Below are positions 36,293-45,247 of a stretch of 64,000 nt of DNA, in pieces. Origin of the DNA: Candidatus Methylomirabilia bacterium (GTDB taxonomy: Bacteria; Methylomirabilota; Methylomirabilia; Rokubacteriales; CSP1-6). The notes beneath the pieces are model-generated. The model saw nothing but the letters and a program-made list of their open reading frames with translations. It did not search any database and was not told where the DNA came from. The translations under genes and the position numbers were made by a program. Position 1 is the stretch's first letter. Every line of letters starts with the position of its first letter. The stretch spans positions 32,001 through 96,000 of the forward strand of contig JBHIBG010000002.1 in the NCBI GenBank assembly GCA_046758965.1. Direction: 5' to 3'.

Positions 36293-37392
36293 AGCGGCCC
36301 GAACTCTGGATCGATCTGAGCTCACGCGCGTCCGGGGAGCCAGAGATCCTGAGCGCGATCTTGCACTTCCCTCTGAGCGGTCTCCTCGTGAGCCCCCTAG
36401 AAGATTTGCCGGTGGAGATTCCCAGCCACATCCGGCGAGGTTGGATGATCCGGGAGGGGCGAGAGTTCGCAGCGCTCCCGGGCCAAGGCGAGATGGTGGT
36501 GACCCTGTCGCGGGAGATCGCGGGACAAGCCAGGACCCGAGGACACCCGGTGGGTGTTTCCTGCCGGGTAACCGATCCCCAAACCCTGGAGGAAGCCTTA
36601 GCACTCCTCGATCAGGTGGACTACCTGTTCATCAGGCTCGCCGACGAGACGAACATCCCTCTTGAGCTGATCCTCACGCGGGCACAGGGCCGTCGCGTGC
36701 GGGTGATCAAGACGGTGGGGGGATTGGAAGAGGCGGCGGTCGCGCTCGGGGTGCTCGAACACGGCTGCCACGGCATCCTCGTGGCTCCCCAGGATCTCGG
36801 GACGCTCGCGCGCATCGCCCACGAGCTGAGCCGACGGCCCTCTCATCAACTCTCCCTGGTTGAGGTGGAAGTGGTCGGGATCGAGCATGCCGGCATGGGA
36901 CATCGTGCCTGCGTCGACACCCTGACGATGATGGCCGACGACGAGGGGATGGTTGTGGGATCCACCTCCAACGGGGGGATCCTCGTCTGCTCGGAAGTCC
37001 ACCCGCTGCCTTACATGAACACCCGGCCGTTCCGGGTCAATGCCGGGGCGATCCATTCGTACCTCTGGGGACCCGAAGACTCCGCTTCATACTTGAGCGA
37101 CCTCAGAGCTGGGTCCGGAGTGTTGGTGGTCCGCACGTCGGGGGAGGCGAAAGCGGTGAGGGTGGGACGGGTGAAGATCGAGGTACGCCCTCTCGTGAAG
37201 ATCCACGGGATCGCCAACGGCACCCCCCTGAGCCTCTTCGTTCAGCATGACTGGCACGTACGGATATTCGGAGCAGATGGAAAGCCTCGCAGCGTGACGA
37301 GCCTCAAGCCGGGCGAGAAGGTGCTGGGGCATCTGTGCGAGCCCGGGCGGCATGTGGGCATCAAGATCTCGGAGACGATCCTGGAACGGTGA
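36280..37392 (+). CDS. 3-dehydroquinate synthase II family, GriH-type 3-amino-4-hydroxybenzoate synthase
   Basis: RACVDT, VGSTS, HPLPYMNTRPFRVNAG, GRVKIE.RP, QHDWHVR, GRHVG. Confidence 0.88.
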   Translation: MDTLKRPELWIDLSSRASGEPEILSAILHFPLSGLLVSPLEDLPVEIPSHIRRGWMIREGREFAALPGQGEMVVTLSREIAGQARTRGHPVGVSCRVTDPQTLEEALALLDQVDYLFIRLADETNIPLELILTRAQGRRVRVIKTVGGLEEAAVALGVLEHGCHGILVAPQDLGTLARIAHELSRRPSHQLSLVEVEVVGIEHAGMGHRACVDTLTMMADDEGMVVGSTSNGGILVCSEVHPLPYMNTRPFRVNAGAIHSYLWGPEDSASYLSDLRAGSGVLVVRTSGEAKAVRVGRVKIEVRPLVKIHGIANGTPLSLFVQHDWHVRIFGADGKPRSVTSLKPGEKVLGHLCEPGRHVGIKISETILER

Positions 37393-37404
37393 GGCGCGTA
37401 CGGC

Positions 37405-38148
37405 ATGCGGACATTCCTGACGTTCCTCCTCGTCTGCTTCTCGGCGGTAGGAGCTGACAGGGTAGCCGTGGCATCCGATGAACCCCTGGCCGCCGCCGAA
37501 CGGGTTCTCGAGCGCGGCGAATCAGGCTTCGATGCCGAATCGCTTGAGAGAGCCCAGGCCATCTTCAATCGGCTCGCCCGCGCCGAAGACCTCTCCCAAT
37601 CGGTCCCGTACTATCAGGCACGAGTCTCTCTTGCGCTAGCGAACATCCATGCGTGGGGCGGCAAGACCGACCGAGCCCTCCACTCCCTTGACCAAGCCAT
37701 CGCGTCCGCAAAACAGGCCGTTCGCCAGGATCCGCGGCACTCGGATTCCCATCGTCTCCTCGGCGAGGCGTATGGTCGGCTCATCAGCCTCAAGGGCGGG
37801 CTGACCGGACTGCTCTACGGCCGGCGCTCCTATAACGAACTGGCCCTGGCATTGAAGCTCGGCCCTGAAAACCCCCGTGCTGCCCTGGCCATGGGGATCT
37901 GGAAACTCCGCACCCCGAAGCTCTTCGGGGGTGACTGGGACGAGGCCGTCCGCTATTTCCAGAAGGCGATTCAGTTGTGGCCAGCGAATGTCCGCAGCCA
38001 TGTGTGGCTTGGGATTGCACTCATGGAACGAGCATATTGGGAGCGAGCGCGAGAGGCGCTGGAGCGGGCCCTTGTCCTTCAGCCCGAGAACGCATGGGCC
38101 GAGCGGCAGCTGGCGAAGGTGAGGGCCCGGGCGCAGGGGGAGGAATGA
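37405..38148 (+). CDS. Exported TPR protein
   Basis: N-terminal signal peptide; TPR pattern; P.LFGG motif. Confidence 0.75.
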   Translation: MRTFLTFLLVCFSAVGADRVAVASDEPLAAAERVLERGESGFDAESLERAQAIFNRLARAEDLSQSVPYYQARVSLALANIHAWGGKTDRALHSLDQAIASAKQAVRQDPRHSDSHRLLGEAYGRLISLKGGLTGLLYGRRSYNELALALKLGPENPRAALAMGIWKLRTPKLFGGDWDEAVRYFQKAIQLWPANVRSHVWLGIALMERAYWERAREALERALVLQPENAWAERQLAKVRARAQGEE

Positions 38149-39398
38149 GACGGTGGCTTCGGTCTGTGGGGCAGCACGCCAGGTTGGCCTGGCGAAATGT
38201 CCTCCGAAACAAGCGGCGAACCGCCATCACGGTTTCCGCCATCACGTCAGGCTCCGTTGCCCTGATTACATTCGGAGGCTACATGGACTACGCGTTCTGG
38301 GGGCTCCGGGAAACCACGATCCGGAATCACTTGGGTCACCTGCAGGTTGCACGGGCGGAATACTTTGACAACCGCCTCGCCCATCCCGAAGCCGCTCGCC
38401 TGGATCGATCGCAGCTCGTCGCCGTTGAGCGCATCCTGACCAGGTGGTCGGAGATCGAGATGGTCTCCCGCCGCCTCGAGATCAGCGGCCTCATCGGAAA
38501 CGGCGAGAGTACCCTCCCCTTCATAGGACGAGGGATCGAGCCCGAGAAGGAGAGCGCGGCGCTGGCCTTCCTGACGATCCTGACCGGAGCTCCCCTGGCA
38601 ACCTCCGAGGCGCCTGAGATCCTCGTGGCCAAGGGGCTGGCCGCCGGGCTCACCGTGAAGGCCGACGATCAGGTGATTCTGCTCACCACCACGCTCAGCG
38701 GGAGCATCAACGGGCAGAATGTGACCGTGGCCGGGATCTTCGAAACGGGTACGGAGGAGTTTGACAACCGAGCCGTGCTCCTCCCGCTCCGCATGGCCCA
38801 GCAGCTCATCCAGAGCGATCGGGTAGACAAGATCGTCGTGCTCCTGGAAGACACTGAGCTCACGAGTCCGGTGGCGCGGCGCCTGACTGCCGCCATCGGA
38901 GGAGCCGACCTGTCGCTGGAAGTTCGTCGCTGGATGGATCTCGCCACCTTCTACCACCGAGTCGTCCGGGTGTACGAGGGGATGTATCGGTTCGTGAGCG
39001 TCGTCATCGCGCTGGTAGTGATCCTGAGCATCATGAACACCATGATGATGACGGTCTTCGAGCGTACGAGGGAGATCGGAACGATGATGGCGCTGGGGGT
39101 CAGCCGGGGGCGGATTGTCGAGCTGTTCCTGCTCGAGGGCTTGGTGATCGGCGCCATCGGCGGCGTTCTCGGCGTCGGGGCCGGCGTCGGGGCCTGCCAT
39201 CTCGTCAACGCGTCGGGGGGGATCGCCGTCGCCCCTCCGCCGGGCGCCTCTCGCGGTTACATCGTCTTTCTCAATGTAGTGCCCCGGGTGCTCCTCTTTG
39301 CCTTCGCCTCTTCCGTGCTCGCCGCGCTCCTCTCAAGCCTCTACCCAGCCTACCGGGCAGCTCGGCTTCCGGTGGTCGAGGCGCTCCGATACGCCTGA
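38145..39398 (+). CDS. FtsX/LolC-E/MacB-type ABC permease
   Basis: ATGA coupling; AWRNVLRNKRRT, NTMMMTVFERTREIGTMMALG, YPAYRAARL. Confidence 0.92.
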   Translation: MRRWLRSVGQHARLAWRNVLRNKRRTAITVSAITSGSVALITFGGYMDYAFWGLRETTIRNHLGHLQVARAEYFDNRLAHPEAARLDRSQLVAVERILTRWSEIEMVSRRLEISGLIGNGESTLPFIGRGIEPEKESAALAFLTILTGAPLATSEAPEILVAKGLAAGLTVKADDQVILLTTTLSGSINGQNVTVAGIFETGTEEFDNRAVLLPLRMAQQLIQSDRVDKIVVLLEDTELTSPVARRLTAAIGGADLSLEVRRWMDLATFYHRVVRVYEGMYRFVSVVIALVVILSIMNTMMMTVFERTREIGTMMALGVSRGRIVELFLLEGLVIGAIGGVLGVGAGVGACHLVNASGGIAVAPPPGASRGYIVFLNVVPRVLLFAFASSVLAALLSSLYPAYRAARLPVVEALRYA

Positions 39399-39404
39399 AG
39401 TTCG

Positions 39405-40079
39405 ATGGCGCACATCCGACTCTCGGATGTCGTCAAGACGTATCGGCTCGGGCGCACCGTCGTCTCGGCCCTCCGGGCGATTTCGCTCGAGGTGGGGCAG
39501 GGAGCGTTCGTGGCGGTGACCGGCCCCTCCGGGAGCGGAAAATCCACCCTTCTTCACCTGATCGGCGGGCTTGATCACCCTGACCGAGGGGAGATCGTCA
39601 TTGAGGGCCAGCGCCTCAGTGATCTGACTCCGGATGCCCTGGCGAAGTTTCGGGCGCGGAGGCTCGGATTTGTCTTCCAGTTCTTCAGCCTCCTCCCGGT
39701 GCTGACGGCTTTCGAGAACGTGGAGTACCCGTTGCTCTTCCAGAATCTCCTACCGGCCCTCCGCCAATCCCGGGTTCGCGAGGCCCTCGATCGCGTGGGG
39801 GTAGCCGCCTACGCTCACCACCGCCCTGACCAGCTCTCGGGGGGCCAGCAGCAGCGAGTTGCCATTGCCCGGGCCATGGTGGTGAAGCCCGCGCTGATCC
39901 TGGCTGACGAACCCACGGCAAATCTCGACTCCCGTACCGGGCAGGCCATTATCGATCTTCTGGAAGAGACGCGACAGCAGCAGGGCACCACGTTCCTCCT
40001 GGCTACCCACGATCCGGGCCTCGTCAGCCGTGCAGATCGGGTTGTGGCGCTCTACGACGGACAAATCTTCGAACCGTGA
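39405..40079 (+). CDS. LolD/MacB-type ABC ATP-binding protein
   Basis: GPSGSGKST, GFVFQ, LSGGQQQRVAIARA, DEPTANLD. Confidence 0.93.
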   Translation: MAHIRLSDVVKTYRLGRTVVSALRAISLEVGQGAFVAVTGPSGSGKSTLLHLIGGLDHPDRGEIVIEGQRLSDLTPDALAKFRARRLGFVFQFFSLLPVLTAFENVEYPLLFQNLLPALRQSRVREALDRVGVAAYAHHRPDQLSGGQQQRVAIARAMVVKPALILADEPTANLDSRTGQAIIDLLEETRQQQGTTFLLATHDPGLVSRADRVVALYDGQIFEP

Positions 40080-40837
40080 GGCCTGCTACGCCACCGGCTC
40101 TGCTGGGTCTTTCAGGCCTCATCCTGATTCTGGCTCGCCTCGCCCTGCCACTGGAAGTCCCCGCCCTCACCGCCCGGGAGATCGTCCGCCGGGCAGACCG
40201 AATCCGCGCTCCCGGCGGTTCCTTCTCCTTTGAGCTGAGCATCATCACCCCTCAGGGGAGCGAGGAAAGGCCCGACGCCCGGCTTGCCGTGTCGGTCAAG
40301 CTCCCGGACAGGAGCCTGGCGAAGTTTCTCACGCCCTCCCGCGACCGAGGGAAAGTTCTCCTGATGGTCGGCCCCCACTTGTGGGTGTATCTCCCCGCCA
40401 CAGGGCGGCCACTCCGGATCTCCCCCCAGCAGCGGCTCGTCGGAGGCGTCTCCCATGCCGACGTGATGCGCGTGAACTTTGAGGGTGACTACCTCCCTAC
40501 CCTCCGGGGTGTGGACCGTGAGACGGGGGGAGGCTCCTACGTGCTGAATCTCCGGGGGGCCATGAAAGGCGCAACATACCATCGAATTCGTTACTGGGTT
40601 GAGCGCGAGACGTTTCGCCCGGTCAAGGCCGAGTTTCTTACGGTATCCGGGCTCCTGATCAAAACGGCCCGATACACCCGCTACCGGCAGATCCTCGGCG
40701 CGGCCCGCCCCACGGAGATCGAGATCGCCGACGCGGTGCGCGGGGGCGCAGTGACCCGGCTGCTCTACTCCAAGCTTCGGCACGAGACCCTCAGCGACGA
40801 GATGTTTCATCCGGCATCTCTCCGATTGCTACGCTGA
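40076..40837 (+). CDS. Outer membrane lipoprotein-sorting (LolA-like) periplasmic protein
   Basis: Signal peptide; GKVLLM, LWVYLP, RISPQQRLVG, SG.LIK. Confidence 0.82.
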   Translation: MRPATPPALLGLSGLILILARLALPLEVPALTAREIVRRADRIRAPGGSFSFELSIITPQGSEERPDARLAVSVKLPDRSLAKFLTPSRDRGKVLLMVGPHLWVYLPATGRPLRISPQQRLVGGVSHADVMRVNFEGDYLPTLRGVDRETGGGSYVLNLRGAMKGATYHRIRYWVERETFRPVKAEFLTVSGLLIKTARYTRYRQILGAARPTEIEIADAVRGGAVTRLLYSKLRHETLSDEMFHPASLRLLR

Positions 40838-40839
40838 AT

Positions 40840-42129
40840 GTGCGAGTCGCCACCTCCCTGCTTCTCCTTCTCCTGGCTTCTCCCTCCCCGGCCATCGAGT
40901 GGTCGGGGGGAGGAACCCTCCGGCTTGACGGGGCGTATCGGAGAGAAAATGTGGCGAGCCTCCGAAATCCTCATGGCCAACTCTTCGACGTCGGCACACG
41001 GGTGGGGCAAGGCATCGTGGATTTTCACCTCGCCGTTTCTCCCCACCCCGCCGTGGATCTTGCCCTGAGGAACCGGGCGATCGGAACTGTCACGGAGGAT
41101 GAAGAGGAGGCGGAGAATATCCTCGAGGATGCCTATCTGATCTACTGGTTCTCGCCTCAGTTCCTCCTCGAGGGGGGGAAAGACCGGGTCCGGGAGGGGG
41201 TCGGCTACGCCTGGAACCCGGTCGACCTTCTCCGGACCCGCTCCTCGGCCGGGCTAAGCCAGGACCCCAAGGAGCAGCGAGACCACCGGCGGGGCCACTA
41301 TCTGATCAAAGGAGAGCTGAGGTGGGGTCAGGGCTCCGTGGCAGTGGCCTACGTCCCGAAATTTGCCGGACTCGATACCGATGACGTCTCCAATCTGGCG
41401 GAGCAGTTCTGGGGTCGGGGGACAGCTCTGATCGCCGGCACCGACGTAGCCGTGTATCTCCACCACGGGCCGGAGTGGAATGCCGGCACCTCCCTCGCGC
41501 GGGTATTCGGAGACGCCCTCGAGCTCCATCTCGAGGCCGTCGCCCGATGGAACTCATCGAGGGAGCGGCCAGTCATCGCTCGCGTGAGAGGCCGGTCGGG
41601 GAACACCCGTGTGCCACTTTGGAGACGCCAGCGAACGAAGAACCTGCTCGGCGAAGCCCTCCTCGGAGCCCAGTACACCTTCTCCAACGGGATCAACCTG
41701 ATCGCTGAATATTTCTACAACGGCGACGGGTTGAGCGCGCGGGAATGGAACATCCTTTGGGACGGGCTGGAGCTCGCGCGACAGCGCCTTCAGGGAGGGG
41801 AAAACTCCTTACCGGGGAAGCCGAATCTCTTCCGGATATTCGGGTTGCGCGCGAACGAGCTCCTCTCACCGGCGGAGAGCGCCCGGCACTATCTCTTCGT
41901 GCGAGCCGCCGGCGCCACCGAAATGCGGCGACGTCTCGAGCTGACTGGGTTCCTCCTGCTGAACCTCCAGGACAGGAGTGGCGCGCTGAACGGCGAGGCC
42001 CGCTACCAGATCGGCCGAGATCTGGAGAGTGTGCTGAGCCTGGATCTCTTCTTCGGGCCGGAACGAACTGAGTTTGGCGCCCTTCCGATCGGGAGCGCCG
42101 TCCGCGCCTCTCTCCGCTACGCGTTCTAG
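40840..42129 (+). CDS. Putative outer-membrane beta-barrel protein
   Basis: Signal peptide, GVGYAWNPVD, alternating amphipathic strands, C-terminal beta-signal LRYAF. Confidence 0.7.
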   Translation: MRVATSLLLLLLASPSPAIEWSGGGTLRLDGAYRRENVASLRNPHGQLFDVGTRVGQGIVDFHLAVSPHPAVDLALRNRAIGTVTEDEEEAENILEDAYLIYWFSPQFLLEGGKDRVREGVGYAWNPVDLLRTRSSAGLSQDPKEQRDHRRGHYLIKGELRWGQGSVAVAYVPKFAGLDTDDVSNLAEQFWGRGTALIAGTDVAVYLHHGPEWNAGTSLARVFGDALELHLEAVARWNSSRERPVIARVRGRSGNTRVPLWRRQRTKNLLGEALLGAQYTFSNGINLIAEYFYNGDGLSAREWNILWDGLELARQRLQGGENSLPGKPNLFRIFGLRANELLSPAESARHYLFVRAAGATEMRRRLELTGFLLLNLQDRSGALNGEARYQIGRDLESVLSLDLFFGPERTEFGALPIGSAVRASLRYAF

Positions 42130-42345
42130 CAGTGAGCCGCCCAATCACCCGGCTGACGAGCGCTGAACTGCCGGCAACCAGCGGTGCGGCTACACCGAGG
42201 TCGTTTCCCGTGGTAGCGGTTTGCTTGCAGCGGGTCCGACCTTGTCGGCGAGTTGGCTGCCGGTCGAAAACATTGACATCGTTCAGCGCCCACGGTCAAA
42301 TAACAGTAGAATCCAACCAATACGAGATCAGTGGAGGTCTCTCAG

Positions 42346-43473
42346 GTGGCTGATGTCTGGATCGCCGGCGCGGGGATGACCCGTTTCGGCAAGCGCTCAG
42401 AGCCGTTACCGGATCTCATGGCGGAGGCCGCGCGTGCGGCGCTGGAGGGCTCCGGCCTCGAGTCCCCTGACGCCATGATCGTGGCGGCGATGAACCCCGA
42501 GGAGTTCACCGGGGAAGGGAATTTTGCCTCACAAATCGCCACCTACATCGGGCTCTCCCGCATTCCGGCCATCCGGGTGGAGACCGCCACCTCGTCAGGA
42601 GCCGCGGCCATCTTCGCCGGGTTCTCGTCGGTGGCTGCGGGGATCCACCGCTCGGTGCTGGTCGTCGGGGGCGAGAAGATGACCCACCTCCCCACCCCGC
42701 GAGTCTCCGAGCTGATCGGCCGCTCCATCGATCCCCACGAGCGCTCCTACGGGACCACCATGCCGGCTCTGGCCGCCGTCGTCACGCGAGCCGTGATGAG
42801 CAAAGGGGGCGTGAGCCTCAAGGAGATCTCCCAGGTCGCCGTGAAGAACCACGCCAATGGCGCCCGTAACCCCTTCGCGCATTTCCAGATGCCGGTGACC
42901 CTCGAGGAGGTCATGGAGAGTCGGGTGGTCGCCGATCCGCTTCGCCTCTACCACTGCTGCCCGATCTCCGACGGGGCTGCGGCGGTCGTACTGAGGCCTG
43001 AGCCCACCGGGATCCGGATCGCCGGGATCGGCCAGGGAGCGGACTATCTGGCCGTGCGCTACCGCGACAGCCTGACCAGTTTCAAGGCCACCCAGGCCGC
43101 TGCCGAGGCGGCGTACCGGATGGCGGGGTTCGGACCCGAGCGCGTCGAGGTGGCGGAACTCCACGATGCCTTCGCCCCCTTCGAGCTGATCACCCTGGAG
43201 GATCTCGGGCTGGTCCCGCCGGGGAAGGCCGGCAGCGCCACGCTCAGCGGCGAGACCGCCCTGGAGGGCCGGCTCCCGGTGAACCCCTCGGGAGGCCTCA
43301 AGGCGCGCGGCCATCCCCTCGCCGCCACCGGGATCGGCCAGGTGGTCGAGCTGGTCTGGCAGCTCAGGAACGAGGCCCACGGCCGACAGGTGCAGGCCCG
43401 AGTGGGGCTGGCCCACTCGATCGGCGGGCTCGCGACAAACAACTGGGTCATGCTGCTAGAGCGTATCGGGTGA
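42346..43473 (+). CDS. SCP2/Ltp2-type thiolase-family protein lacking the catalytic Cys
   Basis: GGEKM, CPISDGAAA, ELHDAF, NPSGGL..GHP; ETATSSG at the usual ExACASG site. Confidence 0.88.
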   Translation: MADVWIAGAGMTRFGKRSEPLPDLMAEAARAALEGSGLESPDAMIVAAMNPEEFTGEGNFASQIATYIGLSRIPAIRVETATSSGAAAIFAGFSSVAAGIHRSVLVVGGEKMTHLPTPRVSELIGRSIDPHERSYGTTMPALAAVVTRAVMSKGGVSLKEISQVAVKNHANGARNPFAHFQMPVTLEEVMESRVVADPLRLYHCCPISDGAAAVVLRPEPTGIRIAGIGQGADYLAVRYRDSLTSFKATQAAAEAAYRMAGFGPERVEVAELHDAFAPFELITLEDLGLVPPGKAGSATLSGETALEGRLPVNPSGGLKARGHPLAATGIGQVVELVWQLRNEAHGRQVQARVGLAHSIGGLATNNWVMLLERIG

Positions 43474-43492
43474 GCCAAGGGGGAGTCCCGCG

Positions 43493-43918
43493 ATGGAGCT
43501 GATCCCGGCCTCGCGCTGTCCCCGGTGCGGGCGCGTCGTGGCGCCACCCGCCCGCTTCTGCCCCGACCATCCGGTGGCGATGGAGCCGATGGAGCTCCGG
43601 GGGTACGGAGAGGTGCTGGCCTTCACGACCCTCCACTCCCCGCCCGAGGGGTTCAGCTCCCCGCTCCACGTCGCGTTGGTGGAGCTGCCCGAGGGGGCCC
43701 GCTTCTTCTGCCACGGCGCCGAGACGAAACGGATTCGCGTGGGGTCTCGGGTGGCGGTGGAAGCCGTGGACGAGATCTACTACTTCTCGCATCTCGGGCT
43801 TGCGGAGCGGGCCCGGCTCTTCTGGCGGCGGGCAGGAGATGGGGGCCAGCGGGTGGCGGCCATCACGAAGAGCGCTGTCAAGCGGCTGCTGAGGCGACGC
43901 TCGAGTGAGGAAGCGTAA
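43493..43918 (+). CDS. DUF35 Zn-ribbon/OB-fold protein
   Basis: CPRCG..PPARFCP, G.V.AFT, ALVELPEG; adjacent to thiolase. Confidence 0.85.
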   Translation: MELIPASRCPRCGRVVAPPARFCPDHPVAMEPMELRGYGEVLAFTTLHSPPEGFSSPLHVALVELPEGARFFCHGAETKRIRVGSRVAVEAVDEIYYFSHLGLAERARLFWRRAGDGGQRVAAITKSAVKRLLRRRSSEEA

Positions 43919-45170
43919 GACGAAGCGCGCCCCACGGCGCAGGAGCCCGGCGAAGCCAGCTCGGCGGACCCGGCGCGTGAGCTCAGCCCCTCCCCTGGCC
44001 GGGGTCCGGGTGCTGGACCTCACCCGGGTGCTGGCCGGCCCCTTCTGCTCCATGATGCTCGGCGACATGGGGGCTGAGGTCATCAAGGTCGAGGAGGCCG
44101 GCAAGGGCGATGACACCCGTACCTGGCCGCCGTTCCTGGGCGGCGAGGCCACCTACTTCCTCGCGGTCAACCGGAACAAGAAAAGCCTCACCCTGAACCT
44201 CAAGGCTCTCGAAGGACAGCGGATTCTCCGCCGGCTGATCCGGCGGGCAGATGTCCTCCTCGAGAACTTCAGGCCCGGCACCATGGAGCGCCTGGGCTTC
44301 GGCTACGAGGCGCTGAAGGCTGACAATCCCGGGCTCGTCTACTGCGCGGTCTCCGGGTTCGGTGAGCTGGGGCCGGAGGCGGGCCGGCCGGGATATGACC
44401 TGATTGTCCAGGGCGAATCCGGCCTCATGGACATCACCGGCTTCCCCGACGGTCCGCCGGTGAAGGTGGGCACCGCCATCGCCGACCTCGTGGCGGGGAT
44501 CATGGCGGCCCACGGCGTGGTGCTCGCGCTCCTGGCGCGGGGGCGAACGGGCCACGGCCAGAAGGTGGAGATCGCCATGCTGGATGCCATGGCCGCGCTC
44601 CTGACCTATCAGGCCGGCATCTACTTCGGCACGGGGCAGCGGCCGGGACGGCGCGGTAACCAGCACCCCTCCATTGTTCCCTACGAGGTCTTCAAGGCCG
44701 CGGATGCCTACCTCACTGTCGGCGTCGCCAACAAACCCCTCTGGGACCGGTTCTGCCAGGCCATCGACCACCCCGAGCTGGTGAGGGACCCGCGCTTCGA
44801 GAGCGAGGCTCAGCGGGTGGCCAACCGCGAGATCCTGGTCCCGCTCCTCAACGGGATCCTGGGGGAGCGGAGCGCCGAGGAGTGGCTGAAGCACCTGGAG
44901 AAGGCCGGGATCCCGGCCGGCAGGATCCAGACGGTGGCCGAGGTCTGTGAGAGCCCGCACCTCAAGGAGCGAGGGATGATCGTCTCACTGCCGCACCCGA
45001 ACGCCGGAACGGTAAGGGTGATGGGAGTCCCGATCCGTCTCTGGGGCACCCCCGGCGCCGTCACCGAGCCCCCGCCGCTCCTGGGGCAGCACACCGACGA
45101 GATCCTCACCCGGCTTCTCGGGATGAGCCGAGCCCAGGTGGCCCAGCTGCGCGCCGCCGGGGTCGTCTAG
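43905..45170 (+). CDS. CaiB/BaiF family III CoA-transferase (start may be 43977)
   Basis: VLDLTRVLAGP, GDDTR, NRNKKS, ENFRPG, GYD, PPLLGQHT. Confidence 0.93.
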   Translation: MRKRKTKRAPRRRSPAKPARRTRRVSSAPPLAGVRVLDLTRVLAGPFCSMMLGDMGAEVIKVEEAGKGDDTRTWPPFLGGEATYFLAVNRNKKSLTLNLKALEGQRILRRLIRRADVLLENFRPGTMERLGFGYEALKADNPGLVYCAVSGFGELGPEAGRPGYDLIVQGESGLMDITGFPDGPPVKVGTAIADLVAGIMAAHGVVLALLARGRTGHGQKVEIAMLDAMAALLTYQAGIYFGTGQRPGRRGNQHPSIVPYEVFKAADAYLTVGVANKPLWDRFCQAIDHPELVRDPRFESEAQRVANREILVPLLNGILGERSAEEWLKHLEKAGIPAGRIQTVAEVCESPHLKERGMIVSLPHPNAGTVRVMGVPIRLWGTPGAVTEPPPLLGQHTDEILTRLLGMSRAQVAQLRAAGVV

Positions 45171-45247
45171 GCCGCATCGCTGATCCGCCTCCGTATGCCG
45201 GCCCCCAGGGGGGTAGGATGAGATTGAATCCTTAAGGAAGCGGTCCC

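Noticed and set aside
32074..37392. Archaeal-type alternative shikimate entry (AroA'/AroB') for primary metabolism
   Set aside because: No other aro genes are adjacent, the pair brackets ligases and an amidohydrolase, and the QHDWHVR/HPLPY motifs fit the GriH type as I recall it. A phylogeny is needed to exclude it fully.
42273..42312. Sigma-70 promoter for the thiolase (TTGACA and TAGAAT)
   Set aside because: The 28-bp spacing between the hexamers is incompatible with a single promoter
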